A stretch of 64,000 nucleotides of DNA from an uncultured Stakelama sp. (GTDB lineage: Bacteria; Pseudomonadota; Alphaproteobacteria; Sphingomonadales; Sphingomonadaceae). Of this stretch, positions 19,690 through 29,547 are shown piece after piece. The stretch spans positions 15,603 through 79,602 of the forward strand of contig CAYPRW010000006.1 of the NCBI GenBank assembly GCA_964413495.1, given 5' to 3'. Numbering within the stretch: the first letter of the stretch is position 1; the number at the start of each line of letters is the position of its first letter. Below the pieces are notes generated by a model, which saw only the letters and a list, made by a program, of their open reading frames with translations, did no database searches and was not told the DNA's origin. The position numbers and the translations under genes are program-made.

Positions 19690-20966
19690 TGGGCAGCGCG
19701 ATCATGGTCCGGAACCTGGGCAAGGCCTATCGCCCGCGTGACCGTGGACGGCCGACCTCGCTCAAGGGGCGTATCCTGTCGGGCTATCGCGCCCCACCGC
19801 GCGCGCCGTTCTGGGCGCTGCGCAACGTCAGTTTCAGCATTCCGCGCGGCCGCGCGGTCGGCGTCGTCGGCCTGAACGGCGCCGGCAAGTCGACGCTGTT
19901 GCGGCTGATCGGCGGCGTCGGCGCGCCGGACGAGGGTTCGATCAAGGTCAATGGACGGATCGGCGCGCTGCTCGACATCGGCGCCGGCCTGACCGAAGAT
20001 CTGACGGGACGCGAGAACCTGTTCCTGCTCGGCGTCATCTCCGGCATGCTGCGAAGCGAGATCAAGGCGAAGTTCGACGACATCGTCGAGTTCGCCGAGC
20101 TGGCGGACTTCATCGAACAGCCCGTCCGCACCTACAGCACCGGGATGCGCATGCGCCTGGCCTTTGCGGTGGCGGTGCACATGTCGCCCGACATCCTGCT
20201 GATCGACGAGGCGCTGGCGGTGGGCGATCAGGCGTTCCAGCACAAATGCCTGAAGCGGGTGAGCGAGATCCGCGAAACCGGCTGCACGATCTTCCTGGTG
20301 TCACATGACGAATCGCAGATCGAGGCGCTGTGCGACGATGTGATCCTGCTCGATCACGGCCGGCTGGTCGCCTATGGCCCGCTGGCGGAAACCATGGCGC
20401 TGTACACCGCCTCGGTCGATGCCAAGGTGGCGGAAACCGACGCGGCCGCCGTGCGCCTGCCGCCCCGCGCCGCCGACGCCGTGCTCCAGCCCGAGGTCAA
20501 CCGGTTCGGATCCGGCGAGATGCTGATCGAAGCGGTCACGCTGACCGACGGCGAGGGCAACGGGATCGCGACGCATACCGCCGGCCAGGGGCTCAACATC
20601 TCGTTTCGCTACACCACGCGCGGGCAGGATACGCCGCCGATCGCACTGGTCGGCATTTATGCCGAAGACGACACGGCCGTGTTCGAAACGCATAGCGAGC
20701 TTGCCGGGCTGAAGCTGGCGCCGCACGGCGATCAGGGCGAACTGATGCTCGAGATCGCCCGGCTGGACCTGGCGCCGGGCACCTATCGCCTCACCGTCGG
20801 GCTGTTCTCGCCCGACTGGCACACCGCATATGATTATCACGCGGAGGTCTATACCCTGCCGGTCGCCGGCGCCACCCCGGATGCACGGCCGAGCAAGGGC
20901 TATCTCAACCCGCCGATCGCCTGGCATCAGGGGCCGTTCGCAAACGGCCGGTGGACCGGCGCCTGA
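19689..20966 (+). CDS. wzt: Polysaccharide ABC exporter ATPase with C-terminal Wzt_C domain
   Basis: FWALRNVSF, GLNGAGKST, YSTGMRMRLAF, DEALAVGD; extension RFGSGE...LAPGTYRLTVG. Confidence 0.93.
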   Translation: MGSAIMVRNLGKAYRPRDRGRPTSLKGRILSGYRAPPRAPFWALRNVSFSIPRGRAVGVVGLNGAGKSTLLRLIGGVGAPDEGSIKVNGRIGALLDIGAGLTEDLTGRENLFLLGVISGMLRSEIKAKFDDIVEFAELADFIEQPVRTYSTGMRMRLAFAVAVHMSPDILLIDEALAVGDQAFQHKCLKRVSEIRETGCTIFLVSHDESQIEALCDDVILLDHGRLVAYGPLAETMALYTASVDAKVAETDAAAVRLPPRAADAVLQPEVNRFGSGEMLIEAVTLTDGEGNGIATHTAGQGLNISFRYTTRGQDTPPIALVGIYAEDDTAVFETHSELAGLKLAPHGDQGELMLEIARLDLAPGTYRLTVGLFSPDWHTAYDYHAEVYTLPVAGATPDARPSKGYLNPPIAWHQGPFANGRWTGA

Positions 20967-22135
20967 TGCCGCTGGCCGTTCTCGACATCGATATCGGCGA
21001 CCTGCCCGATCGGCTGCCCGGCGGAACGGATTGCGCCGGCGCGGTGGTGCTGTTGCGGATCGACGGGCTGCCGGTGGGCCAGGCGGTGCTACCGGGTCCG
21101 CTCGACCTGACCGGCGAGGCATTGCGAGCCCAGCTCTACGACCATGCCGATTCGGCCTTTTGGGAGGCGCTGCTGCGGCACCGGCTGGACGCGCCGGCCG
21201 AGATCGGCACACCGGTCCGGCTGCCCGACGCCACCGTCGCGATTTGCACGCGCGATCGGACCGAAGATCTCGAACGCTGCCTCGACGGGCTGCGGCGCAT
21301 GACGCATCGCGCGCCGATCCTGGTCATCGACAACGCGCCCAGCACCGAGGATACAAGGTTGCTGGTCGAACGATATGACGATGTCGACTATGTGCGCGAA
21401 CCCAGGCCCGGCCTCGACAATGCGCGCAACACCGCGCTGCGCGAGGCGCGGGGCGAGGTCATCGCATTCATCGACGACGATGCGACGCCCGATCCCGCTT
21501 GGCTGGCGACGCTGCTCCGCAATTTTCAGGATCCCACGATCCTGGCAGTCACCGGCCTCACCATGGCGCTGGAACTCGACAGCGACGCCCAGATCGCGTT
21601 CCAGCGCACCGGCGGCTTCGTGCGCGGCTTCAAGCGCAAGGTGTTCGACGCGGGTAATTGCGATCCCTATCACGCCTGGCACGCCGGCGCCGGGGTCAAC
21701 ATGGCGCTGCGGCGATCGGCGATCGACCTGGTCGGCGGGTTCGATCCCGCGCTCGACGCGGGGACGCGCGCGCTGGCCGGGGGTGATACCGATTATTTCC
21801 GCCGCCTGCTGCTGCGCGGACACCGGATCGCCTATGATCCACAGGCGTTGAACTGGCACCGCCACCGCCGCAGCATGGCCGAGCTGGAACAACAGATCTT
21901 CGGCTATGAAGCGGCCGCCTTTGCGGTGTGGACCAAGGCATTGCTGTTCGAGCGTGACCTGCGCGTGCTGGCCGTTTTCGCCCGATGGTTCCGCCATCAA
22001 ATCCCCGAGCTGCTCCGCACGCGCTCGGGCGAGCGCCACCCGCTGCCGTTCAACGTCGCGAGGACGCAGGCGCGCGGCGCGATGAGCGGCCCGCGTCGCT
22101 ATTTCCAGGCGCGCGGAAAGGCACGGCATGGCTGA
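20966..22135 (+). CDS. Glycosyltransferase family 2
   Basis: TVAICTRDR, VIDNAP, GLDNARN, FIDDD, GVNMA, GGDTD. Confidence 0.9.
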   Translation: MPLAVLDIDIGDLPDRLPGGTDCAGAVVLLRIDGLPVGQAVLPGPLDLTGEALRAQLYDHADSAFWEALLRHRLDAPAEIGTPVRLPDATVAICTRDRTEDLERCLDGLRRMTHRAPILVIDNAPSTEDTRLLVERYDDVDYVREPRPGLDNARNTALREARGEVIAFIDDDATPDPAWLATLLRNFQDPTILAVTGLTMALELDSDAQIAFQRTGGFVRGFKRKVFDAGNCDPYHAWHAGAGVNMALRRSAIDLVGGFDPALDAGTRALAGGDTDYFRRLLLRGHRIAYDPQALNWHRHRRSMAELEQQIFGYEAAAFAVWTKALLFERDLRVLAVFARWFRHQIPELLRTRSGERHPLPFNVARTQARGAMSGPRRYFQARGKARHG

Positions 22136-23459
22136 ACCCGTCCCGCCCCGCCCGCCGATCGTCAGCGTGATCGTGCCCACGCACAACCGGCGCGCGCTGA
22201 TGGTCGAGATGCTGCGTGCGCTGGAGGCACAGGGCCCGGAAACCCCGCCGTTCGAGCTGATCGCCGTGGCCGATGGCTGTATCGACGGCACCGCCGCGAT
22301 GCTGGCCGCGCATTCCGCCTCGTTTCCGATCGCGGTCATCGAACTGCCCGGCAGCGGACCGGCGGTGGCGCGCAATGCCGGCGCGGCGGCCGCCCGAGCC
22401 GACCTGCTGCTGTTCCTGGACGACGATGTGCTGCCGCTGCCCGGCACCGTCGCGGCGCATTGGCATGCGCATGCCGATGCGCCGGACGGTGCGGTCATCG
22501 GCCCCTATCCGCCCGCACCGCATGCCTCGGAGGATATCTTCCGGCTGCGCATTCGGGGCTGGTGGATGCGTCATTTCGCGGCGCTGGCGCGGCCGGGACA
22601 CCGGTTCGGCTTCCGCGACGTGCTGACCGGCAACCTTTCCATGCCGCGCCGGCTGTGGGACGAGATCGGCGGCCTCGACCCGCAATTCGCCCGCGCGCGC
22701 GAGGATCTTGAGCTTGGCGCGCGCCTGATCGCGCGCGGCGTGCCGCTGCGCTATGCGCCCCAGGCGTTCGGCTGGCATCACGAACATGCCACCTCGTCGC
22801 TCGCCAGCGCCTGTCGCCGCGCCTTCGAAGAGGGCCGGTCGGACGCGCGCATGCTGCTCAAACATCCGCATCTGCACGGCGCGCTCGACATCGCGCGTTT
22901 CGCGCGCCGCCGCCGCGGACGGCTCAACCGGTTCGTGCTGACCGATCGGCGCGCGCAATTTCTGGAGCGGTCGATGCCGCTTGCGCGCGCGGCGCTGGCG
23001 CTGCTGCGCGCGCTGTATCTGCACGCCGCCTATGACCGGCTGTTCGCGTGGATTCACCGCTATCACTATCATCGCGGCGCGGTGGCCGGCGTGGACGGCA
23101 AATGGTGGAAGCTGGCCGTCATCGTCCCGCCGCAGCCCGCGACGGCGCTGGTCATCGATCTGGGCAAGGGCATCGACTTGGCGGAACGGGCGATCACGGC
23201 TGCACGGCCGATGGCCGTCCGATTGCTGCTGGATGGCGAGGAACTCGGCATGCTGCCCGAACAGGCCGGCGCCGAGCCGTGGCACGGCGGTCACCTGCGC
23301 GCCGCGCTGATCGATCTGTTCGGCCCCCGGCTGCTCGAAAGCCTGTTCGGCGGCGGTCGTCCGGCTGCGCCCCCGCCGGGCTGGCAGCATTACGGCACCC
23401 GCGATTTCCACGCGCAGCATGGCGAATTCCGGCGGCAATGGGCACGCGCGGGCATATGA
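22128..23459 (+). CDS. Glycosyltransferase family 2
   Basis: VSVIVPTHNR, GPAVARNAG, FLDDD, TGNLS, REDLELG. Confidence 0.9.
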   Translation: MAEPVPPRPPIVSVIVPTHNRRALMVEMLRALEAQGPETPPFELIAVADGCIDGTAAMLAAHSASFPIAVIELPGSGPAVARNAGAAAARADLLLFLDDDVLPLPGTVAAHWHAHADAPDGAVIGPYPPAPHASEDIFRLRIRGWWMRHFAALARPGHRFGFRDVLTGNLSMPRRLWDEIGGLDPQFARAREDLELGARLIARGVPLRYAPQAFGWHHEHATSSLASACRRAFEEGRSDARMLLKHPHLHGALDIARFARRRRGRLNRFVLTDRRAQFLERSMPLARAALALLRALYLHAAYDRLFAWIHRYHYHRGAVAGVDGKWWKLAVIVPPQPATALVIDLGKGIDLAERAITAARPMAVRLLLDGEELGMLPEQAGAEPWHGGHLRAALIDLFGPRLLESLFGGGRPAAPPPGWQHYGTRDFHAQHGEFRRQWARAGI

Positions 23460-24613
23460 TCGAAGCCGCCCCGGCCATCCAGCGTGGCCATCGCCAGGCG
23501 ATCGCGCGCGGCTATCTGCTGATCTGCGTCTTCTATGTCCATGCCATGTACGGCGTGTTCCAGGGCCTGGGCGGTAATCCGGCCCATGCGATGCTGACCG
23601 GGGTGCAGATCAAGCTGCTCGCCCCGGCGGTGTCGGCATTCTTCTTCCTCAGCGGCATGAGCGCGCCGCATTTCCATCGCAAGAGGTGGTTGTCCGCGCT
23701 CAAGCCGTCGCTAACGCTGCTCGTGCTTGCGGCGATCGGCCATGTCGTCGCGGTGCTGCTCGACATGGCGATCCAGCAGCATTGGTACGGCACGATATGG
23801 TTCGTGCGGCGCATGTTCAAACCGATCGTGTACGGCACGGGATATACCAATTTCGTCTCGTGGTTTCTGGTTGTCCTCGCCTTTGCCCGCATCTTCGCCT
23901 ATGCCTTCATGCGGTCGTGGCGGGTTTTCGTGCCGATCGTCGCCCTCGCCGCGGCGGCAGTACTGGCGAGCCGCGTCGCGGGCCTGCCGGACAATCTGTA
24001 CGAATGGCGCAACTGGCCCACCGCGACCTTGTTCTTCCTGCTCGGGATGCGCGTGCCGCGCGGGTGGCGGATCGGTCGCATCTGGGGCGTGCTGGCGCTG
24101 CCGGCGACGATCGCGCTCGCCTGGTTCAACCGCCCCGCACTGCTGACCGAGGGGCCGTGCCTGACGTGCGATCTCGGCTTTGTGGCCCAGCCGATGATTG
24201 GCCAATATGGCGCGCTGCCGATCTATATCGTTCAGCAGATCCTGTTCCTGATCTTCCTGCTCTGGTCGGCCGATTGGTCGCTGGGCAAGATGCCGGGGCG
24301 CGTGGCGACCTATTTCGGCGTCGATTCGCTCTCGATGCTGCTGATGCACGGCTGGGTGCTGGTGACGCTCTATCCCCTGGCCGCCCGCGCGGTGCCGCCG
24401 CAGGAAAGCGTGTTCCTGTTCATCTCGATCCTGTCGACCGGGATCGTGATTCACGCCGCGCTCTATTTCTATCTGCGGCCGGTGCTGCACGGGTTGAACG
24501 CGTTCAGTTTCAAGCTCAGTTCGGTCGTGATCGATATCGGCGAACGCGGCATCGCCGGCCTGCGGCGCAGGCGCGCGCGCATCGGGTCGCCGGGTTCGGA
24601 AAGGGTGCAATGA
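23456..24613 (+). CDS. Integral-membrane acyltransferase family 3-like protein
   Basis: About 10 hydrophobic segments; IARGYLLICVFYVH, AFFFLSG, WFLVVL, SMLLMH. Confidence 0.7.
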   Translation: MIEAAPAIQRGHRQAIARGYLLICVFYVHAMYGVFQGLGGNPAHAMLTGVQIKLLAPAVSAFFFLSGMSAPHFHRKRWLSALKPSLTLLVLAAIGHVVAVLLDMAIQQHWYGTIWFVRRMFKPIVYGTGYTNFVSWFLVVLAFARIFAYAFMRSWRVFVPIVALAAAAVLASRVAGLPDNLYEWRNWPTATLFFLLGMRVPRGWRIGRIWGVLALPATIALAWFNRPALLTEGPCLTCDLGFVAQPMIGQYGALPIYIVQQILFLIFLLWSADWSLGKMPGRVATYFGVDSLSMLLMHGWVLVTLYPLAARAVPPQESVFLFISILSTGIVIHAALYFYLRPVLHGLNAFSFKLSSVVIDIGERGIAGLRRRRARIGSPGSERVQ

Positions 24614-25530
24614 CCCCGGTTGCCGTCTGCATCGTCTCGTTTCGCCACCCCGAACAGATCGTGGCGTGCCTTGGCGCGCTGCGCGAAAGCGATTTCGCCG
24701 ATTACGAGGTGGTGATCTGCGAAAATGGCGGAGACGCGGCATTCGACGCGCTCAAGGCGGCGCTGCCTGCCCGGATGCCAGGCGGACAGGCGGTCACGTC
24801 GGTCAATGCCGGCGCGAATCTGGGTTATGCCGGCGGTGTCAACGTCTGCATGCGGGCGCGCCCCGACGCGCGCGCATGGTGGGTGCTCAATCCCGATACG
24901 CAGGTCGAACGCGGCGCGCTCGGCGCGCTCGTCCACCGGCTGGAGCGCGGCGATTGCGACGCCGCGGGCGGCATCCTCTACCATCCCGACGGCGTGGTGC
25001 AGGGCTATGGCGGGCGCTGGCATGCGATGCTCGCGCGCGCCGAATCGATCGGGCACGGCGCCGCGCTGGACACCCCGCCGGACGTAGCCGCGATCGAACG
25101 CGACATGAACTATCTGCTCGGCGCGTCGATGCTGGTCGGCCCCCGGTTCCGGGCGACCGCCGGGCTGATGCAAGACGATTATTTCCTCTATGCCGAGGAG
25201 GTCGAATGGTGCCTGCGCGGCATCGCGCGCGGCATGCGCCTGGGCTTTGCACCGGAAGCGCGGATCTGTCACGGCCAGGGCGGCACGACCGGATCGGCAA
25301 GTTCGATCCGCGAACGGCCACGGCTGCCGATCTATATGGACGAACGCAACAAGCTGCTGGTGGTTCGCGATACCACGCCGGGGCTGCTGCCGCTGGCGAT
25401 TCCGGCAAGCTTCGGCCTCGCCGTCCTGCGCTTTGCGCGGCGCGGCGCATGGCGCCAATGGGGCTATGCGCTTGCCGGCTGGTGGGCGGGCATCCGCAAC
25501 CGGCGCGGCATGCCGCCCTGGCTGCGTTGA
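24610..25530 (+). CDS. Glycosyltransferase family 2 (rhamnosyltransferase-like)
   Basis: NLGYAGGVN, WVLNPD, GASML, YFLYAEEVEW. Confidence 0.9.
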   Translation: MTPVAVCIVSFRHPEQIVACLGALRESDFADYEVVICENGGDAAFDALKAALPARMPGGQAVTSVNAGANLGYAGGVNVCMRARPDARAWWVLNPDTQVERGALGALVHRLERGDCDAAGGILYHPDGVVQGYGGRWHAMLARAESIGHGAALDTPPDVAAIERDMNYLLGASMLVGPRFRATAGLMQDDYFLYAEEVEWCLRGIARGMRLGFAPEARICHGQGGTTGSASSIRERPRLPIYMDERNKLLVVRDTTPGLLPLAIPASFGLAVLRFARRGAWRQWGYALAGWWAGIRNRRGMPPWLR

Positions 25531-25540
25531 GGCAGCAACG

Positions 25541-26791
25541 TCACAGTCGCAGCGACACTCCGATCGAACCGCGGAACAAGCGATAGTCATAGAGCGCGAT
25601 ATCGGCCGTACGCGACTGATAGCTGGCGTTGAGATTGACGGTGATGCGCTGGCCCAGCGTATAGGCCAGCCGCCCGCCGATCTCGACCAGTCGATCGTCG
25701 CCCAGCAGCACGATCGGTGTCAGCGCGGGGTCGCTTTCGAAATCGCGGTCGCGGATCGATGCGCCAAGCCCGCCGCGCAACAACGGCGAGAAGGCATAGT
25801 CGAACTGGGCGGAATAGAGGCTGATCTGTGCCGTGCGCAGGTTGAACGCCGCCGTTGCGTCGATCTGGCGCAATACCGACACGGTGACCTGCGCGCGCTC
25901 GCCCACGCGCAGCGCCGCCGAGGCATCCCAGTTCAGGCCGTCGAACCTGTCGCTGGCCGCGCCGGCCCCGCTGACGTCGACATAGGTGACCTGCCCATGC
26001 ACCTGCAGCCGCGCGCCCAGCCGCCGGTCGAGCCGCAATCCCCATGTCGTGACCTTGAACGCCTGCAATGCCGTGGCAATGCCGGCGCGTTCCGGGAAAT
26101 CATATTCATAGCGGCCGACAAAGGCGGTGAGGACGCCGAACCGTTCATTGGAATAGCTGAGGCCGCCGCCATAGCCGAGCATGTCCACGTCGGAGATCCG
26201 ACGCTGCGCCGCGCTGTTTTCGGTGGTGCGATACTGGACGAAGGCGGTGGGGCGGATCGCGGTGCCACAGGCGATCGTCCCGCCGGCGCGCATCGTATCC
26301 TGCACGTTGACCGTCGAAAGAGTTGGATTGCCCGCCACGATCGACAGGTCGGCCAGGTCGTTCTGCCCGCGCGAATAGCCCAGCTGTCCCCCGACATCGC
26401 AGATCGCGAGTTTCGTGCCGGCCCCGGCAAGCAGGTCGAGCCGTTCGCGGTTCAGCCGTTTGTTGCGAAGATAGAAATCATAACCCACGCTGCCGGTCAG
26501 CGTCAGCACGGCGGCGGGCGTCGGCAGGACGATGTCGGCGCGCGCCGTCGGCGTCAGGCGGACATCCTCCTGGTCGATCCCGCGCGCGCTCGCCCCGGCG
26601 TCGCTGCTGCGCGAAATGTTGGAATCATAGGTGGCCGTGCCCGACAGCTCGATATCGAGCTGGCGCGTCGGCGGGCCAAAGGTGGTGCCCGTCGCCTCGA
26701 ACTGCTGCGCGCTGGCCTGGCCGGCCCAGACCATTGCGATTGCCGCCGCCAGGCCCGACCGCGTCGTCCGCATCCACATCCGCTGGTTCAT
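25541..26791 (-). CDS. Outer-membrane beta-barrel protein, polysaccharide-export associated
   Basis: Signal peptide (AGQASA), YDSNI motif, alternating beta strands, C-terminal GVSLRL. Confidence 0.75.
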   Translation of the reverse strand: MNQRMWMRTTRSGLAAAIAMVWAGQASAQQFEATGTTFGPPTRQLDIELSGTATYDSNISRSSDAGASARGIDQEDVRLTPTARADIVLPTPAAVLTLTGSVGYDFYLRNKRLNRERLDLLAGAGTKLAICDVGGQLGYSRGQNDLADLSIVAGNPTLSTVNVQDTMRAGGTIACGTAIRPTAFVQYRTTENSAAQRRISDVDMLGYGGGLSYSNERFGVLTAFVGRYEYDFPERAGIATALQAFKVTTWGLRLDRRLGARLQVHGQVTYVDVSGAGAASDRFDGLNWDASAALRVGERAQVTVSVLRQIDATAAFNLRTAQISLYSAQFDYAFSPLLRGGLGASIRDRDFESDPALTPIVLLGDDRLVEIGGRLAYTLGQRITVNLNASYQSRTADIALYDYRLFRGSIGVSLRL

Positions 26792-26842
26792 CTGTGCCCC
26801 CTTAACAATCGATATCGGTCGGTCGTCATCCGATATGGCCGA

Positions 26843-28060
26843 TCAACGTCTGGCCCTAATTATACGCGAAAGCGTTCCAAGGAAATTGCGGATCTTCAGC
26901 GACCATGGCGCCATCCGCGATGCCCGCGCCACATCCAGTCCGCGCATGTCGGGCACCGGGCGCAGCAACACCCGGCATGCCGCCGATCGCACCGCGACCA
27001 GCCGCTTGCGATTGGCCTGGGACGGCTGCATCAGCTCGATCTCGCCGATATCGAGCGGCTCGGCGTTCAATACCCCCGCCGCCACGGCCGAACGGAACAG
27101 CGCCTCGCCGGCATCGGTTCGCGTCTGGATCAGGCTGCGGCCGTCCTGCTCCTCGAAACTGGGATAGCCACTCTCGTCGCCATACCAGGCATCGGCGCAG
27201 GCGATGTCCGCGACCGCGCCGACCGCGTCGGGACAGATCTTGCATCGGAACTGCACCTCGCGGCTGAGGTGCCTGCCCCAGCTGTCGGCATAGCGCATCT
27301 CGCCGGTGGCGCCGGCGCCGGTCTCGGCCACGGTCAGGCCCGGCCAGCCATTGCCCCGATAGCGGAACCGCACGACATCGGCCGGATCGAGGCCCATCGA
27401 ACGGATCACGCGATCCGCGCCGCCGCGGCTGGGCAGGCCGCCGCAATAGAAGGACAGCTGCAACGGCACATGCCGATCGACGCGCGCGTCGTGCCGGGCA
27501 AGCTGGCGCAGCGCCGATACGTCGCACGGCTTGCCGATGAAGACGAAGCGCCCGCCCTCGTCCAGCGCGGCATCGATGAATTCGAGCGGGGACGAAGCGG
27601 CATAGCGCGATCCCGCGCCGCTCGACACCTCGTCCGGCGTGCGCGACCAGCGCATGCGGTTGCCGGTCGGCTGGGCCGGGTCGGCCTCGACATGCAGCAC
27701 GCGATCGGCCAGGCCGATCTGCAGCGCATGCGCGGCCAATGCCGACAATGCGCCGCCCGATGCGCCGGCATGGCGCATCCCGCCATCGACCGCGAATCCG
27801 GTCAGCGTCGCGATCGCCGGGCCCCAATAGGGATTGCGGCCCGGATCGTCGGCCCAAGGTGCGACCCGCGAACCCGGACATGAATCGGCGATCGCGCGCT
27901 CCGCCTCGGCGGTGATCGGCGCCGACTGCACCGGACGGGCAAAACCGGGGGGTGCCATGCGCATGGCGATGGCGCCGCCGGAAATCCCCGCGCACAGCCC
28001 ACAGCCGCTGCACAGGTCGCCGTTCAACACCTTGGCCAGCGTGGGGGAACGGGCGATCAT
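26843..28060 (-). CDS. Coenzyme F420 hydrogenase/dehydrogenase beta-subunit (FrhB)-like Fe-S protein
   Basis: CSGCGLC, SCPG, GASGG, FIGKPCD, SFYCGG, YRGNGWPG, RCKICPD, ADIACADAW. Confidence 0.85.
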   Translation of the reverse strand: MIARSPTLAKVLNGDLCSGCGLCAGISGGAIAMRMAPPGFARPVQSAPITAEAERAIADSCPGSRVAPWADDPGRNPYWGPAIATLTGFAVDGGMRHAGASGGALSALAAHALQIGLADRVLHVEADPAQPTGNRMRWSRTPDEVSSGAGSRYAASSPLEFIDAALDEGGRFVFIGKPCDVSALRQLARHDARVDRHVPLQLSFYCGGLPSRGGADRVIRSMGLDPADVVRFRYRGNGWPGLTVAETGAGATGEMRYADSWGRHLSREVQFRCKICPDAVGAVADIACADAWYGDESGYPSFEEQDGRSLIQTRTDAGEALFRSAVAAGVLNAEPLDIGEIELMQPSQANRKRLVAVRSAACRVLLRPVPDMRGLDVARASRMAPWSLKIRNFLGTLSRIIRARR

Positions 28061-29292
28061 CCGCGCATGCCCGCCACCTGGCGGAACAACGCCCGCAATT
28101 CGTCGCGATACACGTCGAGCAAGGCATCGACGCGCGCCATGCCCCGCTTCGCCTTGGCGACAAGCGAATCGCGATCGGCAAGCGACCGCAACACCAGGTC
28201 CAGCGCCCCGTCGGTATCGAGCCCGGCCACCGGCACCATCACGTCATAGCCCAGCAGGCCGAACAAGCCGCTGAACTTGCGGCTATAGGCGACGGGCACG
28301 ACCGGGGTTCCGGCGGAATAGGCGCCGATGCACGCATGCATCCGCCCTGCGACCAAGAAATCCAGGCTTGAAATATAGCTCTTGGCCTCCACAGGTCCGG
28401 GAAAGTTGGCGACGCGGATCGCGCCGGGGAATTCCGCCGCCAGCCGGTCGGCGGCCGCCCCGTCGTCGTCGGTGCTGTCGCGGTTGCTCGTCGCATGCGG
28501 CACCAGATGCACCTCGACATCGCCACGCGCAATCAGCGCCGCGATCAGCCTGCGGGTGAACGCGGCATAATCATAGGACAGGCCAAAGCGGTTGCGGCCG
28601 GTTTCGGCCTCGTGCATCAACAGGCCCGAAGCGTTGACGCCGACGCGCAGCTTCGGCCCGCCGCGCAGGCCGGCGCGGTCCTCGAACGGCAGCACGAACG
28701 CCACGTCGACCGACAGTTTCACATTCGCGCCCGGCGCCATCTGCAACGCCACGTCGCGCGATGTCTCGTCGCGCGCCAGCACCACCCGGCTCCTGCACAT
28801 CGTCCAGGCGGCCGGCGCCTTGTACGCCGCCCTGGTAAAGGGGCCGATCGTCTGCGGCGACAGCACCAGCGGCACGCCGCGCGCGATGCCGATCGCCTTG
28901 GTCAGCCACAGAAAGGCGAATCGGCGCGGGCCATAGATATCGGCGAAGCTGTCGCCCGCGCCGATATCGAGCACGCAATCGACATCGCCCACCGTCCGCC
29001 AGAATCCGTGCCTTCCGGTCATCGACTTGCGGTCGATCTCGAACACCTGGGTATCGGGGATCGGGATCGCGGGCGTATCGCGGTCGCGCGGCGCCATCAC
29101 CACGAAACGCGGCTTCAGCCCCAGCCCCTCGGCGACCTGCCGCGCGATCGCCAGATTGGCGATCGTCAGCGCGCCGACCCCCAGATTGCCGGAATTGAGC
29201 GAATGCCAGGCCAGCCCGATGCGGATCTGCGCGCGATCGGCGGCCAGGCCGCCGGCGTCCGGATCATGCGGGCCTGCCCTGTGTCGCGTCAA
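28057..29292 (-). CDS. Polysaccharide pyruvyl-transferase family protein
   Basis: NLGVGAL, GDSFADIYG, PQTIGPF, ARD, DVAF, GRMHACI, VAYSRK; TTG start behind AAGGGGGA (alternative 29322). Confidence 0.85.
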   Translation of the reverse strand: MTRHRAGPHDPDAGGLAADRAQIRIGLAWHSLNSGNLGVGALTIANLAIARQVAEGLGLKPRFVVMAPRDRDTPAIPIPDTQVFEIDRKSMTGRHGFWRTVGDVDCVLDIGAGDSFADIYGPRRFAFLWLTKAIGIARGVPLVLSPQTIGPFTRAAYKAPAAWTMCRSRVVLARDETSRDVALQMAPGANVKLSVDVAFVLPFEDRAGLRGGPKLRVGVNASGLLMHEAETGRNRFGLSYDYAAFTRRLIAALIARGDVEVHLVPHATSNRDSTDDDGAAADRLAAEFPGAIRVANFPGPVEAKSYISSLDFLVAGRMHACIGAYSAGTPVVPVAYSRKFSGLFGLLGYDVMVPVAGLDTDGALDLVLRSLADRDSLVAKAKRGMARVDALLDVYRDELRALFRQVAGMRG

Positions 29293-29547
29293 CTCAGATC
29301 CCCCTTGGCAAGACCGGTTCAACGACCGTCCGGCCGCCCTGCGCCGCGATCGCGCGCGCCGATGTCAGGACGCTCGGGTGGCTCATCCTGTTCGCAAATG
29401 CAACAAAAAGCCGGCGTGCCAACGCGGAACATGCCAATATTCGGAGAGGGTTAATGTCCCAGGATGCGAATAGGCGCGCGTGCAGTGCGGCAAACGCAGC
29501 TTGCGTCCCGCAGCCGCGAATGGGATATGGACGAATGGAGGTTCAGC

